Positions 20,801 through 29,477 of a stretch of 64,000 bases of DNA are shown piece after piece. Source of the DNA: a virus; the IMG/VR virus record IMGVR_UViG_3300025030_000006, one strand, 5' to 3'. The notes beneath the pieces were generated by a model that was given only the letters and a program-made list of their open reading frames with translations, was not told where the DNA came from and did no database searches. The translations under genes and the position numbers were made by a program. Numbering within the stretch: the first letter of the stretch is position 1; each line of letters starts with the position of its first letter.

Positions 20801-21695
20801 GGCGAGATTGAATCCCGCCACCCATATCCCGTTTGACTCGCAGTCTTTGAACAGGCTCCCGGTCACGGCGACGATCCTGCAACCGCGAGAAATAGATACC
20901 CCGTTATCGCTGCCGAACTCGGTGATGTTGTGAGCCCAAGTGACCTTATTGCAGAATCGAAAGCCGGGGTCGCGGGTCTTGTAGAAAATAGAGTTATCCA
21001 CTTGCACATTGTTGAAATGGTCGATCAGAAACGGAAGGTTGGGCATGTCCTTGAACCGGCAATCCGAGATGCGGAAGCGCGAATCAGGGTCGCCGGGTTG
21101 TGCTACCGCCTGAATCGCCGTCAGCATCCCGTAACTGTCCGTGGCAAACGACATATATGGGAACGTCCCGCGCACACGCTCCCCGTCGAACGTCACCCCC
21201 GAAACATCGATTGTTTTGGCAAAGGTCGCCCCTGGATAAGCGTTGGCAGTCACGAAGGCGGTCACACCATGTGCGGCACGGATAATGACGCTATCCCGGG
21301 ATGCTCCTCGCAGGATCAGCTTGCCATTGCCGGGGATAACCACCGATGATGCCAAATAATAGATGCCAGGCGGCAGGTTAATGGTCGCCCCAGCCGACAC
21401 GAGGGCCTGAAATGCCGATGTATCATCTGTGCCCCCATCTCCCACGGCCCCCGCCGTTTTAACGGACACGCCAAGCGGATCGAACCTCCCGTCATCCCCC
21501 GCCGCCACCGTCCCTTCCGTAATCCCGATATCGAGACCGGCGGAGTTGCCAAGTGTAGATTCCCGCGCGTAGCCGGTATGCGGGTCGGCTTCCCCGGCAT
21601 GGGTAGAAATCGCCCCAGGAACGGTGGGGTCGGATTCAAGCGCGGCAAGCTCACTTTCCTTAATGATCGTTGCGTCGGCGGGTTCTTTTCCGTCC
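17892..21695 (-). other. GC-rich compositional island (~3.8 kb) embedded in AT-rich genome
   Basis: Hand count of line 18961-19020 gives 38/60 G+C, versus 24/60 at 22261-22320 and lower elsewhere. Edges lie at a C9 tract (17892-17900, 51 nt past the stop) and near 21690 inside the ORF. Many spurious long ORFs occur in other frames. Confidence 0.85.
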
Positions 21696-22435
21696 AATGA
21701 ATCTTTTACAAGTTTCTCACTTGGATAATGTACATCATCCGGTGTTATCTGAAAAGTAGTTCTTTTGTTAGAAACATCTTCAGGGGTAAAGCCCAAAGCA
21801 GCTTGTTTTGCGCTCCACGTTGATTTCTCTGTATCAGTTACAAATCTATTATTTGCATCTTGTGTGATTATACTCGGAGCGTGGTTTGCTGGATGAGTGT
21901 AATTATTTGCATTTTCTTCAATTGCAAATAATTTTGTTTTTTCTGCGTCTGTAAAAACATTAGTATCTGCATTTAATTCATAAAGTGTTTTTATTTCAGA
22001 AGATGATAATTGTTGAATTGTTATTTCTTTCCATATTGCATTATTTACTGTGGCATCAACACATTCCCAAACAATTTTGCTTGTAGTATTCACCCATTTG
22101 GAACCAATAGAATAACCAATGGAGGAATCAGCCGTAACAGGTGGATTTATAATTGCCGTCAAATTTACTTTTATATTCTCCACATAACTCAAACCAACTT
22201 GAGTTTTAGTAACTGTATGCGGGTTACTTATATTTCCTGTATGGTTTGTTAAATCAGTTACAGAAGGAACCACCAAAAGTGTTCTAGCACCAGAAGGGTT
22301 AGTTTCTGGATTAAGATTAAAACCACCTTTTGAAGTATCCAAATAATTATTTCCATCAGAATCCAATTCAATCGAATAAGAGACTGATGCTATGAATAAC
22401 AGAAAAATTAATATACTGGTAAGTTTTTTTACCAT
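17951..22435 (-). CDS. secreted/tailspike-like right-handed beta-helix protein (pectate-lyase-3-type depolymerase domain), chimeric composition
   Basis: 1494 aa. N-terminal signal-peptide-like MVKKLTSILIFLLFIASVSYS. Fibre-stalk motifs FTDAEKTKL / FVTDTEKSTW. VKTAGAVGDGGTDDTSAFQALVSAG plus a long G/T/S/A/V-rich region typical of tailspike beta-helices. Only the first ~250 codons are AT-rich. Confidence 0.75.
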   Translation of the reverse strand: MVKKLTSILIFLLFIASVSYSIELDSDGNNYLDTSKGGFNLNPETNPSGARTLLVVPSVTDLTNHTGNISNPHTVTKTQVGLSYVENIKVNLTAIINPPVTADSSIGYSIGSKWVNTTSKIVWECVDATVNNAIWKEITIQQLSSSEIKTLYELNADTNVFTDAEKTKLFAIEENANNYTHPANHAPSIITQDANNRFVTDTEKSTWSAKQAALGFTPEDVSNKRTTFQITPDDVHYPSEKLVKDSLDGKEPADATIIKESELAALESDPTVPGAISTHAGEADPHTGYARESTLGNSAGLDIGITEGTVAAGDDGRFDPLGVSVKTAGAVGDGGTDDTSAFQALVSAGATINLPPGIYYLASSVVIPGNGKLILRGASRDSVIIRAAHGVTAFVTANAYPGATFAKTIDVSGVTFDGERVRGTFPYMSFATDSYGMLTAIQAVAQPGDPDSRFRISDCRFKDMPNLPFLIDHFNNVQVDNSIFYKTRDPGFRFCNKVTWAHNITEFGSDNGVSISRGCRIVAVTGSLFKDCESNGIWVAGFNLALSGTATATGSTYNAGDTVTLTALATTFSSSFLDNLITLTSGSDEATFKVISIASGTAATAICVTATPVSLQNTPATWYAAPATGVSQFTVTGNTVVGGYSSNITAADGGRNGLIANNTLVRSGWTADSEISTTGSIITGSTTLTVADVTGLAINDFVIVESKTSFGQYFVSKITNIAGTTITLSSAPTETFIQESVRKVHLNTESAQIRVAGSVVGPDVAGERVLVANNLMIDPSRFGVQLGSSANGTATDIAVRGNQMFTPPSVSTASAASRHGVQVSESTGIPLKNIIVETNYYEGAGMLVNLSQRGASLKTGIRIKDNVAPNTTGQINATDLDNGGAIVSGYVATYQDTSGSTILPGVEFEGWTAVTPSAGVVTVNAPAVVYTPTGAGATITGFARKSGDNKIPLFVLRNGSGTYSITLTNNSSVLRTMTGADVVIPPYGGAVFTFVNGTITQHLGGGPTGAGATDHGSLTGLGDDDHVQYALADGSRGTFEEAGAVAGHESTHDHTKLHDPVTAGTGISLAGQQVTNSDTGSAAVTAHNAASDPHAGYMLESNIGTGANQYPAMGADGKFNLGTWSIDPAGGLLTSVSRALSRTATAWANGQSVQWGSIRANGGRVYVCGNAAGTTATGSEPTHSSACVTGADGVKWCYASTGAAFDLIGLYQDALEYRGPMRLYGQNNMQSYVSVFVGLNSPEGAAAATVGSMYLRMNPTDSSTVLYIKVTGTGNTGWKAIGDFSGNLTVGGTADLQGAVSNSTAANNGNVEYNDHIQFANTKGICDENNACADAANIKSASDTVAAAVTTSAGAGDSGKLAKLDSSGKFDASVLPSGSPTSGTYTPTLTNVGNISVSTPYTAQYMRVGNTVTVSGKVDMTVTSTTTTTLGISLPIASALTTEEQCAGTAFNQSVSGLGAGISADATNDRATLKWNSNTAGGVTMFYTYTYLVQ

Positions 22436-22449
22436 TTATTGTTTCCTCC

Positions 22450-22668
22450 CTACCAAGTTACAGGTTGACCATTAAAAGTTACAGGTTGTCCCTGCCAAGT
22501 CACTTCATCTCCTTCAGGTACTTCCTCATCAGGAATAAAATAAGGTAAATAAACCATTCCCAATGAATCGGGAGGCCACATAACAGAACCCAATGAATCA
22601 GGAGGCCACATAACAGAACCCAATGAATCAGGAGGCCAACTAACCACTTTATTTATTAAACCACCCAC
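22450..22668 (-). CDS. small repeat protein (3x WPPDSLG[SM]V[MY])
   Basis: 72-aa ORF containing the 30-bp tandem repeat. C-terminal half also repeats internally (VTWQGQPVTFNGQPVTW). Confidence 0.5.
   Translation of the reverse strand: MGGLINKVVSWPPDSLGSVMWPPDSLGSVMWPPDSLGMVYLPYFIPDEEVPEGDEVTWQGQPVTFNGQPVTW
22558..22645. repeat. 30-bp tandem repeat, ~3 copies
   Basis: cccaatgaatc(g/a)ggaggccacataacagaa repeated head to tail. The third copy diverges at its end. Confidence 0.9.
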
Positions 22669-22997
22669 AACGGACCACCATTATCAAATGTAAAAGAACC
22701 ATTAAAAAATCTATAATGTTTTACTGTTCCCGGTTTACACAAAACATTATATTTCAATCCATCAGTATAATTTTCCAAAGCGGTAAGAATATCAGCAATA
22801 TCTTTTTCCAAAATTATTTTTTTATTTGTGATATCCTTTGTAACAGTCAAAATCAATAATACTGTGGTTGGGGCATCTTCATGATAGATATAAGCCACAA
22901 AGGACCAAGAGGTAATATCTTGCGTAGTATTTAATGTTAATGGAGCATATAAACTACCATCATCTGCTGTTTCTATATCAACTCTTGCACCAATCAT
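22656..22997 (-). CDS. hypothetical protein
   Basis: 113-aa ORF just downstream of terL, overlapping the next ORF by 13 nt. Confidence 0.6.
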   Translation of the reverse strand: MIGARVDIETADDGSLYAPLTLNTTQDITSWSFVAYIYHEDAPTTVLLILTVTKDITNKKIILEKDIADILTALENYTDGLKYNVLCKPGTVKHYRFFNGSFTFDNGGPLWVV

Positions 22998-23030
22998 AAT
23001 TTTCTCCTGAATAATTTCATTTTAATATAC

Positions 23031-25613
23031 CTAAAAGCAATTTGGCCCTGAATCAATACCCCTAATCAATTTCTTTGCCGCTTCTCTACAGAAATATAAA
23101 CTCATTGCAATGTCAGAAGTTTCATGAAAAGGATGATTTAGCATTTCATAATACATTCTTGACCATGGCTTTTGTTCCATATCATCAGCTATATCAGGTT
23201 TTTCATTAAAACAAAACATCCATTCTTTATTTTCAAACTCCTTATCCATAGAAGGAAGACCTGTATTAATATCCATCTTACCTCTACCTGTCAGAAAACC
23301 ATCAATCTTAATATTATACTTTTTAAATTTTTCATCCCCCATGGCAGCTTTTAACAAATCAATAATGGCTTCCTGAACACCGTTATTTTCTGCAAAATAT
23401 AATTCAACACCATATTCTCTATATGTTCTGATTATATGCCCCGTTAAATCTGAGGACTTCCTTATCGTAACAATTTCAATCGGTAATTTCAATCCAGTTT
23501 TTCTATGCACAGCAACTATGGATAAAACCGTACCGGGACGTTTGGAGCCAGCAAAGTCAATACCACCAACAAATATCCAGTTTGATTCAAATTCAATTAC
23601 TGCTCTTGGAGAAACACTAAAATGACAACATTTTTCAAAATGTCCAAAGGTTTTATCACTATCAGAATAAGGTATTAAGCAATAACCTCTTTTAAAATCT
23701 CTTTCCCCAAGGGTTATTTTTCTATCCTCTAATGCTGCTTTATTAAATTTCGACCAAAGGGGAATTTTAAAATTTCTACCAAAGGAATCCTTTACAATAA
23801 GGTGTTCCATTGTTTTTTCATCAGCAGCAATGCTTATCCATGCCCATGCTGGATTTCTTTGAACGTAAGATGCTATATCTGAATCATGCCATTTGTTGAT
23901 TAATATAATGGCTTCTGAATCATCAGGTATTAATCGAGTTATCCATACCGACTTAATTGTATCTTCAATTTTAACTCTGGTTGTTGGCTCATAAACTGCT
24001 GTTCTCAAATCTTGTGGGTCATCAAAAATAATTAAATTTGCACGACCACCAATACCTGTACCCAAAACAGAATGGGATTCAACGGTACAGTTTGCAGCGG
24101 GGGAATCTCTTTTAACAATGAATTTTTCAGAACCCCAAATATTTGTTGGTGTAATATGTGGTGCAATTGATTTAAAATCTTCATCCCCCTCTATATAATC
24201 CCGAATTGAACGGCATCTATGTGTTGCCTCTGTATCAGAAACGTGAACTAATTTTATAAGTATGTTTGGATTTTTTGCTATTCTGTATAAGGAGTAACCA
24301 ATACAAATCTGCTGTGTGTTATGAACCACTGTAAAGTCTTCAAGTAAAAACAGCTTGTTACCATCAAGAACAACACCAAAAAATTCCTTTTTCCCCAGCG
24401 GTTCTACATCAAAACCAAAAACCAATGGGTTTTTGTTTATTTTTCTTTCCTCAACAGCTTTTCTAGTTTTACATGGTATTAAGTGTGTATCACCACTAAC
24501 AACTACAACATAATAAGGTACACCATTAACATATTTTGTTCTATGAGATAATCTAAAACCGAGAGAACGACAAAGGAAAAGAAAATCATTTCTCAAATCA
24601 ATATATTTTGTAGACCATTCAAAACATTTAGCAAAGCTATAACCATCAGTATCAAGCATTCCCGCTAAAAGTTCTAATCTGTTTTCCCTTGAGTTTATTA
24701 AATAGTTTTTTGGTATTCTTTTTCCTTTCTTGCTTATTTTCATGATAAATGTTTTTTGAATGTACTTTTTACAATTACTCCTTCCTTTATTTAAACCATA
24801 CCTAGTGCAATCTCCCTTTTGGTCATCCACCCTTATTTTGAATTTATGCTTTTCTGCCCAATCAAAAAGATAATCAGCAATTTCCTCATCTTGGTTATTT
24901 ATAGTAAATTCAAGATTATTTGAATGCCCATCACCTAACCAAACACCAAAAAAATAAGGCTCTAATAAAGTGTTACTTTCTTTAAATTCCAATTTTGATT
25001 TATATAACTTAAAACAATTTTTCTTAGCATATTCTGGAAAAGTCAACCATTCTTTAAAATTTAAATTTACAATATCTCCTTTATTGTACTTTGAGTATTT
25101 TTTTGTTTTGTATTTATTTGAAATTTTAAAGGACATAATATGAGACTCATTACATACAAAAGAATCACCATTTTTGAGTGTAATTTTATACATCTCTTCT
25201 TTGCCACTACCCAAATTTAAAACTCTTCTTGGTGTTCCATCATCACCCATCAACAAATCACCAATCTTAATATCTTCAATATTTTTTACAGAACAATCAT
25301 GCAAAAGTACCTTGGTTCCTTTGCCAAAGCACTTGCCTAATCCGAACCCGCCTAAAATCATATATTTATTAAAGCCTTTTCTCCTTGCTATTCTCATAAA
25401 CCTATGCATTATATTATGTACTGGTTCATTCACAACTAAATCACCTTTTGTGTCTTTCAATACTTTCTGAACAAAATCTTCTGATTTCTTTGGAATCAAA
25501 GCATCTGTTGGTAAATCTATTCCTGAAAGTAAATCAGACATTCCACCCTTTAGAAATGTCTTAGTATCCTTACCCAACAATGATGCAGAAGTATTAACAA
25601 ATTTCTTTTTCAT
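23031..25613 (-). CDS. terL: terminase large subunit, intein-containing precursor (860 aa)
   Basis: Walker A GGFGLGK|T is split by the intein. Walker B LIIFDDPQ. Nuclease-domain motif FVGGIDFAGSK. Preceded by the small terminase gene. Confidence 0.9.
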   Translation of the reverse strand: MKKKFVNTSASLLGKDTKTFLKGGMSDLLSGIDLPTDALIPKKSEDFVQKVLKDTKGDLVVNEPVHNIMHRFMRIARRKGFNKYMILGGFGLGKCFGKGTKVLLHDCSVKNIEDIKIGDLLMGDDGTPRRVLNLGSGKEEMYKITLKNGDSFVCNESHIMSFKISNKYKTKKYSKYNKGDIVNLNFKEWLTFPEYAKKNCFKLYKSKLEFKESNTLLEPYFFGVWLGDGHSNNLEFTINNQDEEIADYLFDWAEKHKFKIRVDDQKGDCTRYGLNKGRSNCKKYIQKTFIMKISKKGKRIPKNYLINSRENRLELLAGMLDTDGYSFAKCFEWSTKYIDLRNDFLFLCRSLGFRLSHRTKYVNGVPYYVVVVSGDTHLIPCKTRKAVEERKINKNPLVFGFDVEPLGKKEFFGVVLDGNKLFLLEDFTVVHNTQQICIGYSLYRIAKNPNILIKLVHVSDTEATHRCRSIRDYIEGDEDFKSIAPHITPTNIWGSEKFIVKRDSPAANCTVESHSVLGTGIGGRANLIIFDDPQDLRTAVYEPTTRVKIEDTIKSVWITRLIPDDSEAIILINKWHDSDIASYVQRNPAWAWISIAADEKTMEHLIVKDSFGRNFKIPLWSKFNKAALEDRKITLGERDFKRGYCLIPYSDSDKTFGHFEKCCHFSVSPRAVIEFESNWIFVGGIDFAGSKRPGTVLSIVAVHRKTGLKLPIEIVTIRKSSDLTGHIIRTYREYGVELYFAENNGVQEAIIDLLKAAMGDEKFKKYNIKIDGFLTGRGKMDINTGLPSMDKEFENKEWMFCFNEKPDIADDMEQKPWSRMYYEMLNHPFHETSDIAMSLYFCREAAKKLIRGIDSGPNCF
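24318..25331 (-). mobile_element. intein (338 aa) with LAGLIDADG homing endonuclease domain in TerL P-loop
   Basis: Starts Cys95 (TGC 25329-25331), CFGKGTKVLL. LAGLIDADG blocks FFGVWLGDGHS and LLAGMLDTDGY. Ends ...FTVVHN (AAC 24318-24320) followed by Thr+1. Excision restores GGFGLGK-TQQ. Confidence 0.85.
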
Positions 25614-25630
25614 GCTTGCCTCAATTTCAT

Positions 25631-26152
25631 TTAATCATCATATTCAACATCAATAATTTTATCCGTATGTGCTTCAACATGTGCCTTGCTATGATATTCT
25701 ATCAGCAAGGGATTGGATGTATCCACTTTTTTAAGTCTTTGCATTATTGTTTGTTTTATTTGTGGGGAACATTCATTTATAACTTCAAGAACAATATTTT
25801 GAAATGTGACTAATTTAATTTCATATTTATGTTCTATGGTGTCTTTTTTTCCATACTTATCAGGAAATAATCTTTCCAACATCCATGCTGATGCTTGCCA
25901 TGTTCCTGACGAACCCGCATCAGATATATTCTCTAGTTGTTCCTGTTCCAACAATGCCTGACTACGTTGAATAAATTCTTCAAAAGTAACATCGGAACGC
26001 ATTTCTGCTAATTCTGATTTTGAAACATCTGCAAGTAGTGTTGCTTCACCTATTTTAAGTCCTTTTCGCAAATACTTTGCCATTTTTTGTTTTTTAACAT
26101 TTAATCTGTTGATTTTTTCTCGTTTTGACTTTAACCTTAATTTTGGTGGCAT
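25631..26152 (-). CDS. terS: terminase small subunit candidate
   Basis: 173 aa. Basic N-terminus, HTH-like segment, and ...ASAWMLERLFPDKYGKK motif common in small terminases. Directly upstream of terL. Confidence 0.6.
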   Translation of the reverse strand: MPPKLRLKSKREKINRLNVKKQKMAKYLRKGLKIGEATLLADVSKSELAEMRSDVTFEEFIQRSQALLEQEQLENISDAGSSGTWQASAWMLERLFPDKYGKKDTIEHKYEIKLVTFQNIVLEVINECSPQIKQTIMQRLKKVDTSNPLLIEYHSKAHVEAHTDKIIDVEYDD

Positions 26153-26238
26153 GGCATTACCTCATCTTTATTCAATAAAATAAAAACATTATTCTAATTT
26201 TTAACCTAATTTATGGATAAAAGCAAGGAGATATTATA

Positions 26239-26745
26239 ATGTCTAAAAATATTTATCAAAGAAAAAATGTATCAAAGCAGGAAAAGTATAACCTAATCAA
26301 TAGATTCAATAAATCACCAAAGGATAGTCCCTTCCTTGAACTATTTCAAAAAGTCATGATTGAAAGACTTCTATTGAATTATGAAAAAAAATACCATCCT
26401 GAAAATGTGAGGCAGATTATTAATTCTATTGATATAAAAGGTTACAGAAGAAATGCCAAGGGTATTAACACTGATATTTCTGGTGGATTTATATTATCCA
26501 CAAATGTAGATGCAGAATTTTATATTTTGTTACAGGAAGTTATAAAAGAAATTACTGGAAATTATATGCCCATGGATGAATTTATTCATTTATTACTTAC
26601 TTGGTTCTTTCAGTATTATAATAAGGATTCTAAACGAAAAGTTAAACTTCCATTTGTAAAAAATAATAAAAATGAAAAAAATAAATTGATTTTAAGTTTT
26701 AATAAGCAATTTTCTCCATTTTACAAAAATATTTGTTTGACTTAA
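26239..26745 (+). CDS. hypothetical protein
   Basis: First ORF of the rightward operon, divergent from terS. AAGGAG SD upstream. Confidence 0.65.
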   Translation: MSKNIYQRKNVSKQEKYNLINRFNKSPKDSPFLELFQKVMIERLLLNYEKKYHPENVRQIINSIDIKGYRRNAKGINTDISGGFILSTNVDAEFYILLQEVIKEITGNYMPMDEFIHLLLTWFFQYYNKDSKRKVKLPFVKNNKNEKNKLILSFNKQFSPFYKNICLT

Positions 26746-26785
26746 ACCTTTGAATTTCATAAGATAAAAGTCCAGACGAAAAAAT

Positions 26786-26817
26786 GGGTGAATCTCTGAC
26801 ACCCAGAAGATTCACCC
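26786..26817 (+). other. 10-bp hairpin (GGGTGAATCT-N12-AGATTCACCC)
   Basis: Perfect inverted repeat in the 120-nt gap between two plus-strand genes. No U-tract, so function is unclear. Confidence 0.3.
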
Positions 26818-26866
26818 AATTAAAGAGAGGCAAACCATTACCCAACCTTCCAAGGAGTTTAAGGCA

Positions 26867-28663
26867 ATGGCTTTAAATGATAGTAAAATTTTGGAAAGAA
26901 AAAAGCAAGTAGAAAAAAATACATCTTTTGATAATGACAAAAAATCTGAAAATCCAAGAAATATCCTTATTTCTTTTGGAAAAGACTTTTGTTCTCTTAT
27001 AAATTCCCTCCCTGATTCTCCTTGGCAAAAACAAAAAGACCCCATTTCAATTTTAAAAGAAAATTATAATATAAAATCCCTTAGTCAATTACAAAAGAAT
27101 TTCATCAAATTTGCACACCACTATTTCTGCTCTAATAAACCTTTATTTTTTAAAAGAGAAAACATTGCTAGGCATTTAGGGATGGAACAAATAGATCATG
27201 TTTCCAGACTTATTTTGACACTTGAAAAAAAAGAAATAATTGTTAAGGCAAATTGGAAATCAGGCAAAAAGGGGCATGGATATAAGATTCTGATTCTGCC
27301 AAACATACCAAAAATAAATCAAAGATATAAAAGAATTTTGGAGAAAAATGATTCAAAAAAGTTAAAAAAATGCAAAAAAATTGGCATTCTTAAGGATACC
27401 AGTTTGATTTGTAACTCACCAGAATTACAAGCAAATTTTCAACACCTTATAAAGGTATATAATACTACTAATATAATAGTAGAAAATACTGATGTATTAT
27501 CTAAAGAGATAAAGAAATTTAAAGATAAAAAAGACCTTCGGTCTTTAGACACGAACAAAAACCCCGTTCGTGTCACGGCTGTTGTTCCCGGCGTTTTTTC
27601 TTCAAAGCAAAGGAATAAACCTATGCGATTAATTTTGAAACGTAAAGAAAATTTTGAATCAAAAGAAATAAAATCTTTGTTCCCTGAAAGAAACCCCGCT
27701 TTGCGGGATAAATTTAAAAAAACAAAAATAACTTTTGAATCTGAAATACCAAGCAATATTAAAAATATTTTGAACAAATATAAAGAAACAAAACATTTGA
27801 CCAACCCTGAGATAAAAACCTTGGATGCTCAATTTGGTATGCGTTACGGTTGTTCTTTGAATGATTTGTTTAAAAACAGAGAAAACAAAACTTATGGTTT
27901 TATCCAGCAAAAACTTTTTGATATGTTTTTGGAAATTTTTGAAAACAATAAAACTTTGGATTATAAGAATACTAGCCATATATTAAATATTTTTAATAAA
28001 ATGGATAATAAAAAATTTAGTCATACAAATACTAATTTAAATAATAAAACATATATGCACACTGTTGTAGCTGTTAGCTATTGGTCCCTTGTTAAAAATA
28101 TTAGCAATAATAATTTTTGTTCAGCTATCAAAAGACTGAATAATTTTTCAGAATTTAGGTGTTTTAAACATTTGAAAAAAATAAAATTACTAGACTTATT
28201 GACCGTTGAAATGAATAAAAGGAATGTTTTTGAAATATTTTCACAGGAAGAGGAAAAAAATTTCAGGGATATGTTATTTTATAAGGAAGTAAAAAAGAAT
28301 GATAAATATGAAGCAGCGCAACAAGAATGGGCTAGAATTTTTGTTTCAATGTATCCAGACAAGGAACAAGGAAAAGAACAATATAATAAAAATAAATATC
28401 GTTTAGTTTCTTTTTTAAATGATTTGCTTGACGATGCAATCTTTAACAAAAGGGATATGTGTGGTCTTAGTTTTAAAGGAAAAAATACAATAACAAAAGA
28501 ATATTTGCAATATTTGCTAGATGATAGAGCTAGAAATATTGTTATGGTAAAAGACATTTGTAGCCATGCAAATTGGCAAAATTTTATTGAAAACAAAAGA
28601 CAAGAGGACTATGAATTTGAGAATCTTTGGAGATATTATATAAAAGAAGATAATGATTTTTAA
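26867..28663 (+). CDS. hypothetical protein (598 aa) with possible winged-helix segment
   Basis: Long K/N-rich ORF. The segment NIARHLGMEQIDHVSRLILTLEKKEIIVK looks wHTH-like. A replication/regulatory role is speculative. Confidence 0.6.
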   Translation: MALNDSKILERKKQVEKNTSFDNDKKSENPRNILISFGKDFCSLINSLPDSPWQKQKDPISILKENYNIKSLSQLQKNFIKFAHHYFCSNKPLFFKRENIARHLGMEQIDHVSRLILTLEKKEIIVKANWKSGKKGHGYKILILPNIPKINQRYKRILEKNDSKKLKKCKKIGILKDTSLICNSPELQANFQHLIKVYNTTNIIVENTDVLSKEIKKFKDKKDLRSLDTNKNPVRVTAVVPGVFSSKQRNKPMRLILKRKENFESKEIKSLFPERNPALRDKFKKTKITFESEIPSNIKNILNKYKETKHLTNPEIKTLDAQFGMRYGCSLNDLFKNRENKTYGFIQQKLFDMFLEIFENNKTLDYKNTSHILNIFNKMDNKKFSHTNTNLNNKTYMHTVVAVSYWSLVKNISNNNFCSAIKRLNNFSEFRCFKHLKKIKLLDLLTVEMNKRNVFEIFSQEEEKNFRDMLFYKEVKKNDKYEAAQQEWARIFVSMYPDKEQGKEQYNKNKYRLVSFLNDLLDDAIFNKRDMCGLSFKGKNTITKEYLQYLLDDRARNIVMVKDICSHANWQNFIENKRQEDYEFENLWRYYIKEDNDF

Positions 28664-28670
28664 ATTTATG

Positions 28671-28699
28671 TTGACAATGAGCATTTCAAGCCATAAAAT
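28671..28699 (+). promoter_or_regulatory. sigma70-like promoter
   Basis: TTGACA, 17 nt, TAAAAT, upstream of the 28731 gene. Confidence 0.55.
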
Positions 28700-28730
28700 T
28701 GAGTAAAATAACTTTTATGGAGATTTATAT

Positions 28731-29453
28731 ATGGCAAAGCAATTGACTGTGGAAAATTTTTTAAAGTTACCAGATTGGAAAAAAGTTGAATTGAAGAAGA
28801 AGAAAGAATGTTTTTCTTCTATGCCACTTATGACTGAGGAAGAAAAGGAAAGAAGAACTTGGGTATTATTTGAAATAGCTGCCCATTTTAATAAAAAAGA
28901 CGTACAAGAAATTATTGATAGTGGTCAAGACCCCTTAGATTTAATTCCTTATTTTTTAAAATCTTTACTTTTTCCAAAATTACTGGATATGTTATATACT
29001 GGTCGTCATGATAATATGATAAAGGAACTCGGCATATGTTACACCTGTACTGCTTATGAATGTTATTCTGGATTACACTACAAAAAAATAGTCAAAAGGG
29101 AAAACAGATTGGTAAACAAAGTTATAACCTTTAGTGGCATTTGTTATATGAAAAAAGGAATGAAAGCAAACAATGGTTTTTATGTTAAAAGTATTTTTCC
29201 ACCACACCATGCTTGTAGTGATTGGGGTCCAAAGGATTTTTTTAATCAATTATTCATGTTGCGTTTAAACGAACTGATAAAACACGAACATTGGAAATAT
29301 TTGCTAAAAGATAACGGCAATTATACATATACGTTTGATGATTATATTAAAGATTTTAAAACAATAGACATTAGCAATTTTTTTAATAATGTCTATTATG
29401 CTGGAATGGATAAAGATGAGGCAGAGAAACTAAAAAATGGGGATTACTATTAA
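28731..29453 (+). CDS. hypothetical protein
   Basis: 240-aa ORF with SD (TGGAGA). No motif recognised. Confidence 0.65.
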   Translation: MAKQLTVENFLKLPDWKKVELKKKKECFSSMPLMTEEEKERRTWVLFEIAAHFNKKDVQEIIDSGQDPLDLIPYFLKSLLFPKLLDMLYTGRHDNMIKELGICYTCTAYECYSGLHYKKIVKRENRLVNKVITFSGICYMKKGMKANNGFYVKSIFPPHHACSDWGPKDFFNQLFMLRLNELIKHEHWKYLLKDNGNYTYTFDDYIKDFKTIDISNFFNNVYYAGMDKDEAEKLKNGDYY

Positions 29454-29477
29454 ATAAAATGAAAGAGAGGAAAACCT

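Noticed and set aside
18252-21654. Numerous 60-170-aa ORFs on both strands inside the GC-rich island (for example 18887..19387, 20064..20543, 20930..21349, 19672..20046)
   Set aside because: GC-rich DNA is poor in stop codons. These ORFs overlap the 1494-aa ORF, have no SD sites, and encode Arg/Pro/Gly-rich low-complexity sequence. They are treated as spurious.
23031-25613. 860-aa TerL as a fusion with an unrelated domain
   Set aside because: The extra 338 aa have complete intein/LAGLIDADG signatures. Their removal restores a contiguous Walker A motif.
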